Below the pieces are notes generated by a model that was not told the origin of the DNA, made no database searches, and saw only the letters and a program-made list of their open reading frames with translations. The position numbers and the translations under genes were made by a program. A stretch of DNA of 29,627 nt, from NCBI GenBank assembly GCA_027251445.1, contig JAPNQO010000106.1, positions 1-29,627 of the forward strand, written 5' to 3'. Below, piece by piece: positions 1 through 9,526 of this stretch. Position 1 is the first letter of the stretch. Each line of letters starts with the position of its first letter. The stretch is from Fidelibacterota bacterium. GTDB lineage: Bacteria > Fidelibacterota > Marinisomatia > Marinisomatales > TCS55.

Positions 1-1464
1 GAAGAATTATTAAATATACTTTCAGAAGGCACAAGTATCATAAATTATATTGGACATGGATCAGCTCATCAATGGGCTCAGGAAAAATTATTATATCAAG
101 ATGATGATTTAAATAATATTATAACTAATGGAATGCTTCCAGTTTGGATAGCAGGAACATGCTCCTGGGGCCATTTTGATGATTTAGATACAGAGGCTTT
201 TTCAGAAGAAATAATACGTATGAAAAATAATGGAGCAAGTGCAATTATTTCTACAACTAGATTAATATCTGTTACAAGTAATGCATATTTTACAAGAGAA
301 ATATTTAAATCTATTTTTCAAGATGGATTAATAACAAATGATCCTATTGGAATTGTAATGCAATCAGTAAAAGATGGATCATCAAGTGGAGAACTTTTTC
401 AATTATTTGGTGATCCAGCAATGAAAATTGCGTTACCTCAACATAGTATAAATATTACAAATATTAGTCCAGATACTTTACGTACTTTAGATACTGCAAG
501 GGTATATGTAAATCAAGAAATCGATGTTGGTGGTTCAGGAATTGGTTTTCTATCTCTCAATGATGCAGATAATATAGTTACTCGGCAATACTCTATAAGT
601 TCTACGAATCAAGAATTAAGTTATTCTTTACCAGGGAAAACTCTATTTAAAGGTCAATTTTCCTTTCAAGGTGAATCTTTTAGTGCTTTAATGAGGATAC
701 CCAAAGATATTTCATATTCTGATGAGAATGGTAAAATTAATGTATATATGATTTTAGATGAGTACCCATCCCGTGAAGCAATTGGTTCTGCCCAAGATAT
801 AGTACTTATGGGTGGTAATTCTGTGCAGGATGTCTCAGGCCCTATTATCTCATTTGAAGATGAAAACGGTAAACAATTAAGAAATGGTGACCATTTAGAT
901 CGCGGAAAACAATTATATTTACGATTGTCTGACCCTATAGGTATTAATTTAACAGGCGAAGTGGGACATGAAATTATATTTAGCGATGTTTCTAATGGTA
1001 ATGATATAGATATAACCCATTTATTTATCTACGATGAAAATAGTATTACTACTGGAAAAATACCCATCAACTATTTAGATAATGATAATCTTAATTTTCA
1101 AATTCAAGCCTGGGATAATGCAAATAACCCTTCTCAAAAAGATATAAAGCTATTTATTATCAATAATAATGATATTATACTATTCAATGTATTTAATTAC
1201 CCCAACCCATTTAAAAATAATACTCAATTCAGCTTTGAAATAAACCAATCGGCTGAAGTCGAGATTAATATCTATACATTAGGCGGTAGAAAAATAAAGA
1301 ATATAAGAAGTGATTACTATGAGGCTGGTTATCATTATATTAACTGGGATGGTAAAGATACATATGGAGATAACATTGCGAATGGAGTATACCTTTACTC
1401 GCTAAAAGCAATTAATAATGGTAAATCAATATCTAAAATCGGTAAAGTTGCTAAATATCAATAG
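1..1464 (+). CDS. porU: PorU-like type IX secretion sortase (peptidase C25/gingipain family) with C-terminal FlgD-Ig/T9SS-type domain; 5'-truncated by window edge
   Basis: Frame 1 is open from base 1 (EELLNILSEGTSIINYIGHGSAHQWAQE...). C25 catalytic motifs NYIGHG (His at 55-57) and AGTC (Cys at 160-162), then LFGDPA, DPIGINLTGEVGH, QAWDNANN and a C-terminal FNYPNPF...WDGKD...ANGVYLY domain, as in PorU homologues. Confidence 0.8.
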   Translation, partial: EELLNILSEGTSIINYIGHGSAHQWAQEKLLYQDDDLNNIITNGMLPVWIAGTCSWGHFDDLDTEAFSEEIIRMKNNGASAIISTTRLISVTSNAYFTREIFKSIFQDGLITNDPIGIVMQSVKDGSSSGELFQLFGDPAMKIALPQHSINITNISPDTLRTLDTARVYVNQEIDVGGSGIGFLSLNDADNIVTRQYSISSTNQELSYSLPGKTLFKGQFSFQGESFSALMRIPKDISYSDENGKINVYMILDEYPSREAIGSAQDIVLMGGNSVQDVSGPIISFEDENGKQLRNGDHLDRGKQLYLRLSDPIGINLTGEVGHEIIFSDVSNGNDIDITHLFIYDENSITTGKIPINYLDNDNLNFQIQAWDNANNPSQKDIKLFIINNNDIILFNVFNYPNPFKNNTQFSFEINQSAEVEINIYTLGGRKIKNIRSDYYEAGYHYINWDGKDTYGDNIANGVYLYSLKAINNGKSISKIGKVAKYQ

Positions 1465-1469
1465 TTTTC

Positions 1470-2042
1470 ATGTTTCCATTTAATAACGTTATTTTAGCTT
1501 CAAAATCACCTCGAAGAAGAGATTTACTTAAACAGATAGGTATAAGTTTTTCAATTGAAATTAGCGGTATAGATGAATCAATACCATTGGATCTACCCCC
1601 AATTCTTATGGCAGAGTATTTATCAAAAGAAAAAGCAAAAAAGATATCAATAAAGTTTCCAAAACAACTAGTTATTGGAGCAGATACTATAGTTGTTTTA
1701 GATAATAAAATACTCGGAAAACCAAAAAGCAATAAAGAAAGTTTTGAAATGCTTTCATTTTTATCAGGGAAAACACATAAAGTAATTACTGGAGTTTCTT
1801 TACAATGTATTAATAACAATATTAATACTTCTTTCCATGAAATTACTAAAGTTACATTTAATGAATTAAGTGATAGCGATATATCTTATTATATAGAGAC
1901 TTATAAACCTTTTGATAAAGCGGGAAGTTACGGTATACAGGATTGGTTTGCTGTAAATGTTGAAAAAATTGACGGATGTTTTTATAATGTTATGGGGTTT
2001 CCGTTAGCTAGATTTTGGAAAGAAATCAACGAATTAATATAA
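1470..2042 (+). CDS. maf: Maf family nucleoside triphosphate pyrophosphatase (YhdE-type)
   Basis: ILASKSPRR, GADTIVV, ILGKP, KAGSYGIQ and NVMGFP motifs. Confidence 0.95.
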   Translation: MFPFNNVILASKSPRRRDLLKQIGISFSIEISGIDESIPLDLPPILMAEYLSKEKAKKISIKFPKQLVIGADTIVVLDNKILGKPKSNKESFEMLSFLSGKTHKVITGVSLQCINNNINTSFHEITKVTFNELSDSDISYYIETYKPFDKAGSYGIQDWFAVNVEKIDGCFYNVMGFPLARFWKEINELI

Positions 2043-2100
2043 TTTAGTTTTTCATAATGCTATTGGCATTTAATTTCCGTCCTAAATAATTGTTATAATA

Positions 2101-2928
2101 ATGGCTGAACTGCATAAAAACCTAAAATCGCTTAGACGTGAACGAAAAATTGATTTAGAAGCAATTGAAAAACGAACTAAGATTGATATCAATTACTTAA
2201 AAGCTATAGAAAGTGGAAAATTTGAAATTTTACCCAGCACATACATTCGTTTATTTCTTAAAGCCTATTGTGTTGAAATAGGCGCTGACCCCGTTGATGC
2301 TCTTCACCAATTGGATAGCATGCAAAATAAAAATAAGAAGAAACCATTTATTTCTGAAAAAGAAGTTTTGCCCAATGAAGATGCCAATGATACTAAAAAT
2401 GAATCTTCTATTATTGATTCATCAAATAGACCCTATCAAAAAAGATCAGATTGGATTAAAGGCCTTTCTATGATACTATTGCTTTTATTTAGTATCTATA
2501 TTATAAAAAAAATTGTAAGCAATGATGAAAACTCATCTAATTATCAAAAAACAGGTATTGAATCAAATCTAAATCCAATCACAGATTTTGAATTAATAAA
2601 TGATTTTATAATAGATAAAACAAATATTGGGTCTATAGATGTTGATCCACCATTTATGGTGAAAATAATATCTAGAAAAGAGAATATTTGGATAAGAACA
2701 GAAATAGATTCTTCATTACCAATTGAAAATATCTTACAAAGCTCTAATCAAGATAACTTTTCTTTTGTTAAGAGATTTGAAATATTAGTAAACCCAACAA
2801 GTAATATAGATATTTATTGGAATGGTCAAATAATCCCAAATATTGAATCAACTGAGAATCCAGCAAAAATAAATTTAAATGGTATGAATAGAACTATCAC
2901 TATTCAACATTTTGTACCTCAAAACTAA
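2101..2928 (+). CDS. RodZ-like protein (N-terminal HTH, one TM helix, C-terminal extracytoplasmic domain)
   Basis: N-terminal LKSLRRERKIDLEAIEKRTKIDINYLKAIESGKFEILPSTYIRLFLKAYC matches the RodZ HTH. Hydrophobic segment GLSMILLLLFSIYII. Confidence 0.8.
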   Translation: MAELHKNLKSLRRERKIDLEAIEKRTKIDINYLKAIESGKFEILPSTYIRLFLKAYCVEIGADPVDALHQLDSMQNKNKKKPFISEKEVLPNEDANDTKNESSIIDSSNRPYQKRSDWIKGLSMILLLLFSIYIIKKIVSNDENSSNYQKTGIESNLNPITDFELINDFIIDKTNIGSIDVDPPFMVKIISRKENIWIRTEIDSSLPIENILQSSNQDNFSFVKRFEILVNPTSNIDIYWNGQIIPNIESTENPAKINLNGMNRTITIQHFVPQN

Positions 2929-2934
2929 TTTCTC

Positions 2935-2954
2935 ACACACCATTACCCACCATT
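2935..2954 (-). promoter_or_regulatory. Upstream, inverted pair of MraZ-box-like direct repeats
   Basis: The - strand reads AATGGTGGGT AATGGTGTGT: 10-bp period, 1 mismatch, same GTGGGT core as the promoter-proximal repeats. Confidence 0.55.
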
Positions 2955-3018
2955 TATAATTAGTAGACACTTCGTCTAATAAATAAATCTTTTTTTAACA
3001 TATCTAGATAAAAATATA

Positions 3019-3047
3019 TTGACATATATATTGATACTAGATAGATT
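3019..3047 (+). promoter_or_regulatory. Sigma70-type promoter of the dcw operon
   Basis: Perfect TTGACA (3019-3024), 17-bp spacer, TAGATT (3042-3047), about 40 nt upstream of the mraZ ATG. Confidence 0.75.
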
Positions 3048-3065
3048 GTGGGTAGTTGTGGGTAA
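3046..3065 (+). promoter_or_regulatory. MraZ operator (direct repeats)
   Basis: TTGTGGGTAG TTGTGGGTAA, 10-bp period, overlapping the -10 element and predicted start site. Matches the known TGGG/GTGG-core MraZ repeats. Confidence 0.8.
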
Positions 3066-3088
3066 ATATCCCTTATATTTAAATAATT

Positions 3089-3553
3089 ATGACGACAAAT
3101 TTAAATACATTCACTGGGGAATATTCTTATACGGTTGATAATAAAGGTCGTGTTAATATTCCAGCAAAATTTCGAAAAGCATTATCTGCAGATAATGAAG
3201 AAATGTTTGTTATTACTAGAGGAATGGATCCATGCATTTGGGTCTATCCAGCTATTATTTGGAAGAACATTGAGAACGACTTGAAAAAACTATCTTCACT
3301 ATCTGCAATCAATAGAACATTTATTAGAAACACAGTCAGGTATGCTTCAACTACCACTTATGATAAACAAGGGCGTATTCAATTAACATCAAACTTAATT
3401 GATTACTCTCATCTAAAGAAAAAAACATTAATTATTGGGATGGTAAACAAAATAGAAATTTGGAATCCAGAAAAATTAAAAAACATTGATAAGAAAAATA
3501 TAAATATTGATAATAACGCTTATGATGAGCTTGCAGAAAAAATTATTATTTAA
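3089..3553 (+). CDS. mraZ: Division/cell wall cluster transcriptional repressor MraZ
   Basis: FTGEYSYTVDNKGRVNIPAKFR and YDKQGRI duplicated SpoVT/AbrB motifs, IEIWN; first gene of the cluster. Confidence 0.97.
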   Translation: MTTNLNTFTGEYSYTVDNKGRVNIPAKFRKALSADNEEMFVITRGMDPCIWVYPAIIWKNIENDLKKLSSLSAINRTFIRNTVRYASTTTYDKQGRIQLTSNLIDYSHLKKKTLIIGMVNKIEIWNPEKLKNIDKKNINIDNNAYDELAEKIII

Positions 3554-4449
3554 TGAAGCCGTATACAGTGCAGGATTCAGCATTAACCCATGTCCCTGTA
3601 ATGAGTTCGGAAGTATTAACGTATTTAGACATAAAATCAAATGGAGTTTATATAGATGGGACCATTGGTCCTGGAGGGCACGCCATACAAATCCTCAACA
3701 ATTTAGGAAAACACGGTAAGCTAATTGGTATAGATCGTGATGAGGATGCATTGAAAATCTGTAATAAAAATTGTTCAAGCTCTTCTTCTCTCCTTTCGCT
3801 TTTTCATTCATCATATAATAAAATTAACACAATACTAACTAAGGAGAAAATCTCTTCAGTTAATGGTATAATACTTGACCTTGGCCTGTCATCGAACCAG
3901 CTCAACTCTAGATCAAGAGGGTTTTCTTATCGGAGTGAAGGAAATCTAGATATGAGATTTGATTTTACGCAGGGTAAAAAAGCAAGTGATATTATTAAAA
4001 GTAACAATATTGAAAAATTAACAAAAATTTTCAAAAAATATGGTGAAGAAAGGTTCTCTTATCGAATAGCCCGATCTATAAAAGAAATGAAGGATATGAA
4101 AACAGTAAATCATTTAAAAGAAGCTATTAGAAGATGCACGCCTCCTAAAAATAGAGACCGTATTTTAGCTAGAATCTTTCAATCTCTTAGAATAGTAGTA
4201 AATGATGAATTGGAGATTCTACAAGATTTTCTTTTAAAGTTTGTTGATTTCCTGTCTCCAAATGGAAAAATAGTAATTATCAGTTATCATTCGCTTGAGG
4301 ACAGATTAGTAAAACATCAATTCAAACACTTATCAAATAATGGTTTACTAAAAATTTTAACAAAAAAACCTATTAGATCTTCAGAAAAAGAAATTAATAA
4401 TAATAGAAGATCAAAAAACGCAAAGTTGCGAGCAGCTGAGAAAGTATAA
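3553..4449 (+). CDS. rsmH: 16S rRNA m4C1402 methyltransferase RsmH (MraW)
   Basis: HVPVM, DGTIGPGGHA, DLGLSSNQL, LDMRFD, YGEE, SYHSLEDRLVK, AKLR. Confidence 0.97.
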   Translation: MKPYTVQDSALTHVPVMSSEVLTYLDIKSNGVYIDGTIGPGGHAIQILNNLGKHGKLIGIDRDEDALKICNKNCSSSSSLLSLFHSSYNKINTILTKEKISSVNGIILDLGLSSNQLNSRSRGFSYRSEGNLDMRFDFTQGKKASDIIKSNNIEKLTKIFKKYGEERFSYRIARSIKEMKDMKTVNHLKEAIRRCTPPKNRDRILARIFQSLRIVVNDELEILQDFLLKFVDFLSPNGKIVIISYHSLEDRLVKHQFKHLSNNGLLKILTKKPIRSSEKEINNNRRSKNAKLRAAEKV

Positions 4450-4451
4450 AT

Positions 4452-4784
4452 ATGAAAAAATTAGCAAAAAGAAGTACAAGAAAACAAAAAGAGTTTATAC
4501 AAACTTTATCTTTTTTTGCGATTACTATTGCATCAATTGTAGGCCTAATAGCCTATTTGTGGGTTTACACAGAAATTGATGAAACTCTAATTGCAATAGA
4601 ACTACAAAAAGCTACTAGAGAAGAACTAAATAATAGTATAAAAGATCTTCAAAATGATATCGCCTTACTTGGTCGTGTTGACCGTATTACGGATAAGGCA
4701 AGAAAAGAGCTTGGAATGGTATTTGCTACTCCTGAAACAATCTCAGTATATATAGATCCTAATCATTTTGCATTTACTAAATGA
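4452..4784 (+). CDS. ftsL: Cell division protein FtsL
   Basis: Small protein with basic N-terminus, one TM helix, coiled coil and RITDKARKELGM; lies between rsmH and ftsI. Confidence 0.85.
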   Translation: MKKLAKRSTRKQKEFIQTLSFFAITIASIVGLIAYLWVYTEIDETLIAIELQKATREELNNSIKDLQNDIALLGRVDRITDKARKELGMVFATPETISVYIDPNHFAFTK

Positions 4785-6748
4785 CAAAAAATTATCTAAA
4801 ATTTCGTTCAAGGATTTTAATAGTAATTTCATTTACTATATTTTCATGGATAGGATTATCATTTAGATTATTTCAAGTACAGGTAATCGATGGGTCAAAA
4901 TATAGAGAATTAGGCTTTAAACAAGCGCAAGCGCAAATATCAATTCCATCAGTGCGTGGAAATATTTATGATCGAAGGAGTAAGCCTTTAACTAGGAATA
5001 TTATTAAATATTCTTTTGCAACTTATCCTGCTAAAGTTCGCAATAAAACAAAGCTAGCAAATAATTTAAGCAATTATTTTGGACGTACACCTAAATACTA
5101 TAAAGATAAATTAGAAAAAAATAAGAATTTTACTTATTTAGAACGCAATTTAAGCAAAGCTGAATCAAGTCCAATACTGGACGATATTCCTGATGGATTA
5201 ATTATAGAGAGAGATTCGCATCGATTTTATCCAAACAGTAATGTAGGCGGTCAATTAATTGGATATACTGATCCAGATAATTTTGGACTTACCGGTATAG
5301 AAAAACAGTTCAATGATTATTTGACAGGTACTTCTGGTTGGGTCGTACGACAATTAAGCGGAAAAGGTAATGCGCTCCCAAACAATAGATTCCCTTCGAA
5401 AATGCCAATTGATGGAAACAATATTCAATTAACTATAGATCTTGATTATCAAGTTGTCTTACATGAAGAGCTAAGTCGTAGAATAAATGAAACTGAAGCA
5501 ATATCGGCAATGGGTATTTTAATGAACCCTCAGACTGGAGAAATTTTAGCTATGGCTTCTTTGCCAGATTTCGATTCTAATTATCCATCAAAATATTCTA
5601 TGCAACAACATAAGAATAGAGTGTTAACTGATCAATTTGAGCCGGGTTCAACTTTCAAGTTTGTAGCTGCAGCTGCAGCCTTAAAACATGAATTGGTTGA
5701 TTTGAATGAAGAGTTTTTTTGTGAAAATGGTCAATTCACATTTGCAGGAGAAATTGTAAATGACCACGAAGATTATGGATTATTAACTTTTCCACAAATA
5801 ATTGAAAACTCAAGTAATGTTGGAATTATAAAAATAGCAAAAAGAATAGGTGCAAAACGATTATATCGAGCTTGTCGAGATTTTGGATTTGGGATACCAA
5901 CAAATATAAGTTTTGCAGGAGAATCACCAGGCACACTACGCCATATTACAGAATGGAGTGGCTTCTCTATAGCTTCTGTATCTATGGGTCAAGAAGTTGC
6001 TGTAACAACTTTACAAATGGCATTGGCTTATGCCGCTATTGCAAATGGCGGTTTTTTAATGAAACCATTACTAGTAAAACATATTATTGATAATGATGGC
6101 AATTCGATTTATTCAGAATCGCCAGAAGTATTGAGAAAAATTTCTAATCAGAAAGTAATGAAAGATCTTACTGATATGTTAAGAAGAGTCGTTGAAACAG
6201 GGACCGGAACAAATGCATATATCCCAGGTTGGTCTATAGCAGGAAAAACAGGTACTGCTGAAAAATTTATTGATGGATCATATTCAAAAACAAAATACAT
6301 ATCAAATTTTGCAGGATTTTTCCCAGCTGATAATCCTCAAATTGTTGGAGTTTTTGTATTGAATGAACCTAAATATGGTTTCCATTGGGGAAATATAGGG
6401 GCTGCTCCGATCTTTCGCCGAGTAGTAAATAGAATTATAAATATGGATGATTCAATTCAGATCCTAAAAGATAAATACAATAAAGATAAAGATCCGCTGA
6501 TCGTTATGAATGGTTTTAACGAATCAAAAATCAAACCAATGCTTACTAAAGCAAAATTTGTAAATATTGATAAATATAATAATTCAATGCCCGATGTTAG
6601 AGGTATGAGTCTTTTACAAGCAAAAATAGAATTAAGAAAGTTAGGGTATAAAATAAAGTTTACTGGATCTGGTCAAGTAGCATGGCAAAGCCCAAAGCCT
6701 GGTGAAAATCTTATTGAAGGCTCTGTTTGTTCTATAGGATTGCGATGA
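4781..6748 (+). CDS. ftsI: Class B penicillin-binding protein FtsI/PBP3 with C-terminal PASTA domain
   Basis: N-terminal TM, RGNIYDR, GLTGIEK, SxxK (EPGSTFK), SxN (SSN), KTGT; PASTA-like MPDVRGMSL...QSPKPG. Confidence 0.95.
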   Translation: MTKNYLKFRSRILIVISFTIFSWIGLSFRLFQVQVIDGSKYRELGFKQAQAQISIPSVRGNIYDRRSKPLTRNIIKYSFATYPAKVRNKTKLANNLSNYFGRTPKYYKDKLEKNKNFTYLERNLSKAESSPILDDIPDGLIIERDSHRFYPNSNVGGQLIGYTDPDNFGLTGIEKQFNDYLTGTSGWVVRQLSGKGNALPNNRFPSKMPIDGNNIQLTIDLDYQVVLHEELSRRINETEAISAMGILMNPQTGEILAMASLPDFDSNYPSKYSMQQHKNRVLTDQFEPGSTFKFVAAAAALKHELVDLNEEFFCENGQFTFAGEIVNDHEDYGLLTFPQIIENSSNVGIIKIAKRIGAKRLYRACRDFGFGIPTNISFAGESPGTLRHITEWSGFSIASVSMGQEVAVTTLQMALAYAAIANGGFLMKPLLVKHIIDNDGNSIYSESPEVLRKISNQKVMKDLTDMLRRVVETGTGTNAYIPGWSIAGKTGTAEKFIDGSYSKTKYISNFAGFFPADNPQIVGVFVLNEPKYGFHWGNIGAAPIFRRVVNRIINMDDSIQILKDKYNKDKDPLIVMNGFNESKIKPMLTKAKFVNIDKYNNSMPDVRGMSLLQAKIELRKLGYKIKFTGSGQVAWQSPKPGENLIEGSVCSIGLR

Positions 6749-8202
6749 AAAATACATTAAAAAAATTATTAAAAGGAATTAATGGAATTAAGAACATTCC
6801 AGAAATTCCAATATCAGGAATATCAACAAATTCAGCGCTTATTAAGCCTGGGAATCTTTATATAGCAATTAAAGGTAATAGATATGATGGAAATAAATTT
6901 ATTCCTGAAGCAATAAACAATGGTGCTTCTGCAGTCATTACAGAATATGACTATTCAAATAAATTATCAACGCCAATAATAAAAGTGACCAATTCTCGAA
7001 AAGCAGTATCTCGTGCAGCTGCAGAATATTATGATCATCCAACAAAAAAAATGAGCGTAGTGGGTATCACAGGAACCAATGGTAAGACTTCTACAGCTTC
7101 CCTTTTAACATCCATACTTAAATCTGCGGGAAAAAAAACAGCCCAGATAGGCACATTAGGTATTATTGCTCAGGGTTTATCAAAAGAAAAAGGATTGACT
7201 ACTCCTGATTCTATTACTCTTCATCAAAATTTATCTGAACTATATAATGATGGTTATACTCATATTGTAATGGAAGCAAGCTCTCATGCCCTAGATCAGT
7301 ATCGTGTAAATGATATTGATTTTAATTATACAGTTTTTACAAACCTATACCCAGAGCACTTAGATTATCATGGAACAATAGAAAAATATTTTGAAGCAAA
7401 AACTAAATTATTTACCTCATATCCAAACTCAACAGCTGCAGTAATTAACATAGATAATGAATATGGTAAAATAATTTCTAATAGATGTACCGTTCCTATT
7501 ATCAATACATCAATGATATCAAATACTGATATATCTTTCTTAGATAATAAGATTTCTATTGATGGGATATATGGAACCATAAAAGCTGGTAAAATATCTT
7601 ATAATATTAAATCTTCAATGATTGGAACCTTCAATGCAGAAAATATCCTTTGTGCTACAGCAGTAAGTAAAGTAATGGGTATAAACAAAAAAGCTATTGA
7701 AGATGGAATTAGCTTATGTAATACAATCCCAGGACGTATGGAAACTTTTTCACTTTATTCCGGTGCTACTGCGATAGTTGATTATGCGCATACGCCAGAT
7801 GCTTATACAAAAGTACTTAGTACAATTAAAGAACTAATGATTGATTCAGAAGCTAATATTTATGTTGTATTTGGTTGTGGAGGTAATAGAGATAAATCGA
7901 AAAGATCCATAATGGGTGCTATAGTTGAGCAATTTGCAACGCATAGTTTTATTACACCTGACAATCCAAGAAATGAAAAAATATCTGTAATAAATCAAGA
8001 AATTATTAATGGATTTAAAAAAAATAATTTTGATGTTTTTCTTGATCGGGAGAAAGGTTTGAAAACTGCTTTAAACAAGGCAGTTAAAAATGATATTGTG
8101 ATTGCTTTAGGTAAAGGACGTGAAGATTATCAAGAAATGAATGATGAACTAATTCCGTATTCAGACATAAATATTATTAATGAGTATAGTCATGAGAATT
8201 AG
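6745..8202 (+). CDS. murE: UDP-MurNAc-L-Ala-D-Glu:meso-diaminopimelate ligase MurE
   Basis: GITGTNGKTS, LTTPD, MEASSH, DYAHTPD, FGCGGNRD, DNPR (meso-DAP specificity motif), GKG. Start placed at ATG 6745 (ATGA overlap with the ftsI stop) rather than TTG 6727. Confidence 0.95.
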   Translation: MKNTLKKLLKGINGIKNIPEIPISGISTNSALIKPGNLYIAIKGNRYDGNKFIPEAINNGASAVITEYDYSNKLSTPIIKVTNSRKAVSRAAAEYYDHPTKKMSVVGITGTNGKTSTASLLTSILKSAGKKTAQIGTLGIIAQGLSKEKGLTTPDSITLHQNLSELYNDGYTHIVMEASSHALDQYRVNDIDFNYTVFTNLYPEHLDYHGTIEKYFEAKTKLFTSYPNSTAAVINIDNEYGKIISNRCTVPIINTSMISNTDISFLDNKISIDGIYGTIKAGKISYNIKSSMIGTFNAENILCATAVSKVMGINKKAIEDGISLCNTIPGRMETFSLYSGATAIVDYAHTPDAYTKVLSTIKELMIDSEANIYVVFGCGGNRDKSKRSIMGAIVEQFATHSFITPDNPRNEKISVINQEIINGFKKNNFDVFLDREKGLKTALNKAVKNDIVIALGKGREDYQEMNDELIPYSDINIINEYSHEN

Positions 8203-9526
8203 TTTACCAGACCCTACACAATTTGAGGTTGTTTTTCGTACTGTGACTGGACATAGCATTCCAATGGTTGGGGGTATTTCCACAGATAGCAGAGAATGCC
8301 GTCCAGGGGACTTATATATTGCTATTTGCGGTGAAAAAGTTGATGGGCATGACTTTATTGATAATGCAGTTAATAATGGCGCAAAGGTTGTTATAGTTGA
8401 AAGGCATATTGATTCAGATGCTTATATAGTTTTAGTAAACAATTCTATTGAAGCTATAAGTGCAGTCGCATCTTATTGGCGTAATCAATTTGATATACCA
8501 GTTATTGCAATAACTGGTTCTAATGGGAAAACTTCAACAAAGGAATTATTGCGTCATATTCTAAATGGACAATTTGCAGTACATGCAACCGAAGGAAATT
8601 ATAATACTTCAATTGGGCTACCGCTTACCCTTTTTCAAATGATGCAAGCTCATTCAATAAGCATTTTAGAAATGGGAGCTAATCAACCAGGTGATATTGG
8701 TGCATTGTGTAGTATTGCCAACCCAACTCATGGATTAATAACAAATATAGCGCCAGCACATCTTGAAGGATTTGGATCGATCGATGAAGTTGCTAATACA
8801 AAAGCTGCATTATTTAGAGCTATGAGCAATAAGGGCGTTGGGTTTGTCAATTTAACAGATCCATATATAGCAAAAATGAAACAACCAAAGAATTCGATTA
8901 CTTTCGGAATAACTGATGACTGTGATTATCCAGCTGATATTCATACAGAAGATGATGGAACTCTATCATTGACAATTTTAACAGAAGATATTTTCACAGG
9001 TTCAAGTAATTTTTCATTTGCAAAGAACATCATCGCTTGTGCGTCTATTGCAGACACATTAAATATTTCTTGGGAATTATTTAGAAACCGAATATCTACC
9101 TTCCAACCTCCTTCCGGGCGTTGTGAAATAAAAAAATTAAAAAATATGACTATTATTGATGATACTTATAATGCAAATCTGGAATCTACAGTTGCTGCAA
9201 TAGATTATTTATCAGGTTTCTCTGGAAATGGAAGAAGAATTTTAATATTTGGAGATATGTTTGAGCTTGGTAAAGAATCTAGAAATCAACATATCAAAGT
9301 TGGTCAAAAATGTGCTGATTCAGATCTAGATATCGTATTTACAGTTGGAAATGAAAGTGTTGCTACTGATGAATCAATTTCTAGCGGTCCAGAGCATTTA
9401 CATTTTAATACTAAAGAAGATTTGATTAAAAAATTAAAAGCTGAAGTAATGGATGGTGACAAAATCTTAGTAAAAGGATCAAGAGGTATGGCTATGGAAA
9501 CAATTATAGATAACTTAATAAAATAA
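8192..9526 (+). CDS. murF: UDP-MurNAc-tripeptide:D-Ala-D-Ala ligase MurF
   Basis: STDSR, DGHDF, ITGSNGKTSTKE, LEMGAN, DDTYNAN, GDMFELG, VKGSRGM. Start is 8192 or 8180. Confidence 0.95.
   Translation: MRISLPDPTQFEVVFRTVTGHSIPMVGGISTDSRECRPGDLYIAICGEKVDGHDFIDNAVNNGAKVVIVERHIDSDAYIVLVNNSIEAISAVASYWRNQFDIPVIAITGSNGKTSTKELLRHILNGQFAVHATEGNYNTSIGLPLTLFQMMQAHSISILEMGANQPGDIGALCSIANPTHGLITNIAPAHLEGFGSIDEVANTKAALFRAMSNKGVGFVNLTDPYIAKMKQPKNSITFGITDDCDYPADIHTEDDGTLSLTILTEDIFTGSSNFSFAKNIIACASIADTLNISWELFRNRISTFQPPSGRCEIKKLKNMTIIDDTYNANLESTVAAIDYLSGFSGNGRRILIFGDMFELGKESRNQHIKVGQKCADSDLDIVFTVGNESVATDESISSGPEHLHFNTKEDLIKKLKAEVMDGDKILVKGSRGMAMETIIDNLIK

Noticed and set aside
2091..2099. TGTTATAAT extended -10-like motif before the RodZ-like gene
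   Set aside because: It ends 1 nt before the ATG at 2101, so transcription would start inside the CDS; likely chance in AT-rich DNA.
2964..2978. TAGAC-ACTTC-GTCTA hairpin as terminator of the RodZ-like gene
   Set aside because: Only 5 bp, and the T-run is more than 10 nt away; too weak to call.
3550..3960. Possible stems at the rsmH start and at 3901-3956
   Set aside because: Short, AU-rich, interrupted helices that I cannot distinguish from chance without computation.
5338..6520. Small hairpins in ftsI (5338-5381, 6401-6426); similar ones occur in ftsW, murC (15103-15163) and murB
   Set aside because: 4-7 bp stems, often with G-U pairs. They may belong to the structured set but are individually within chance expectation.
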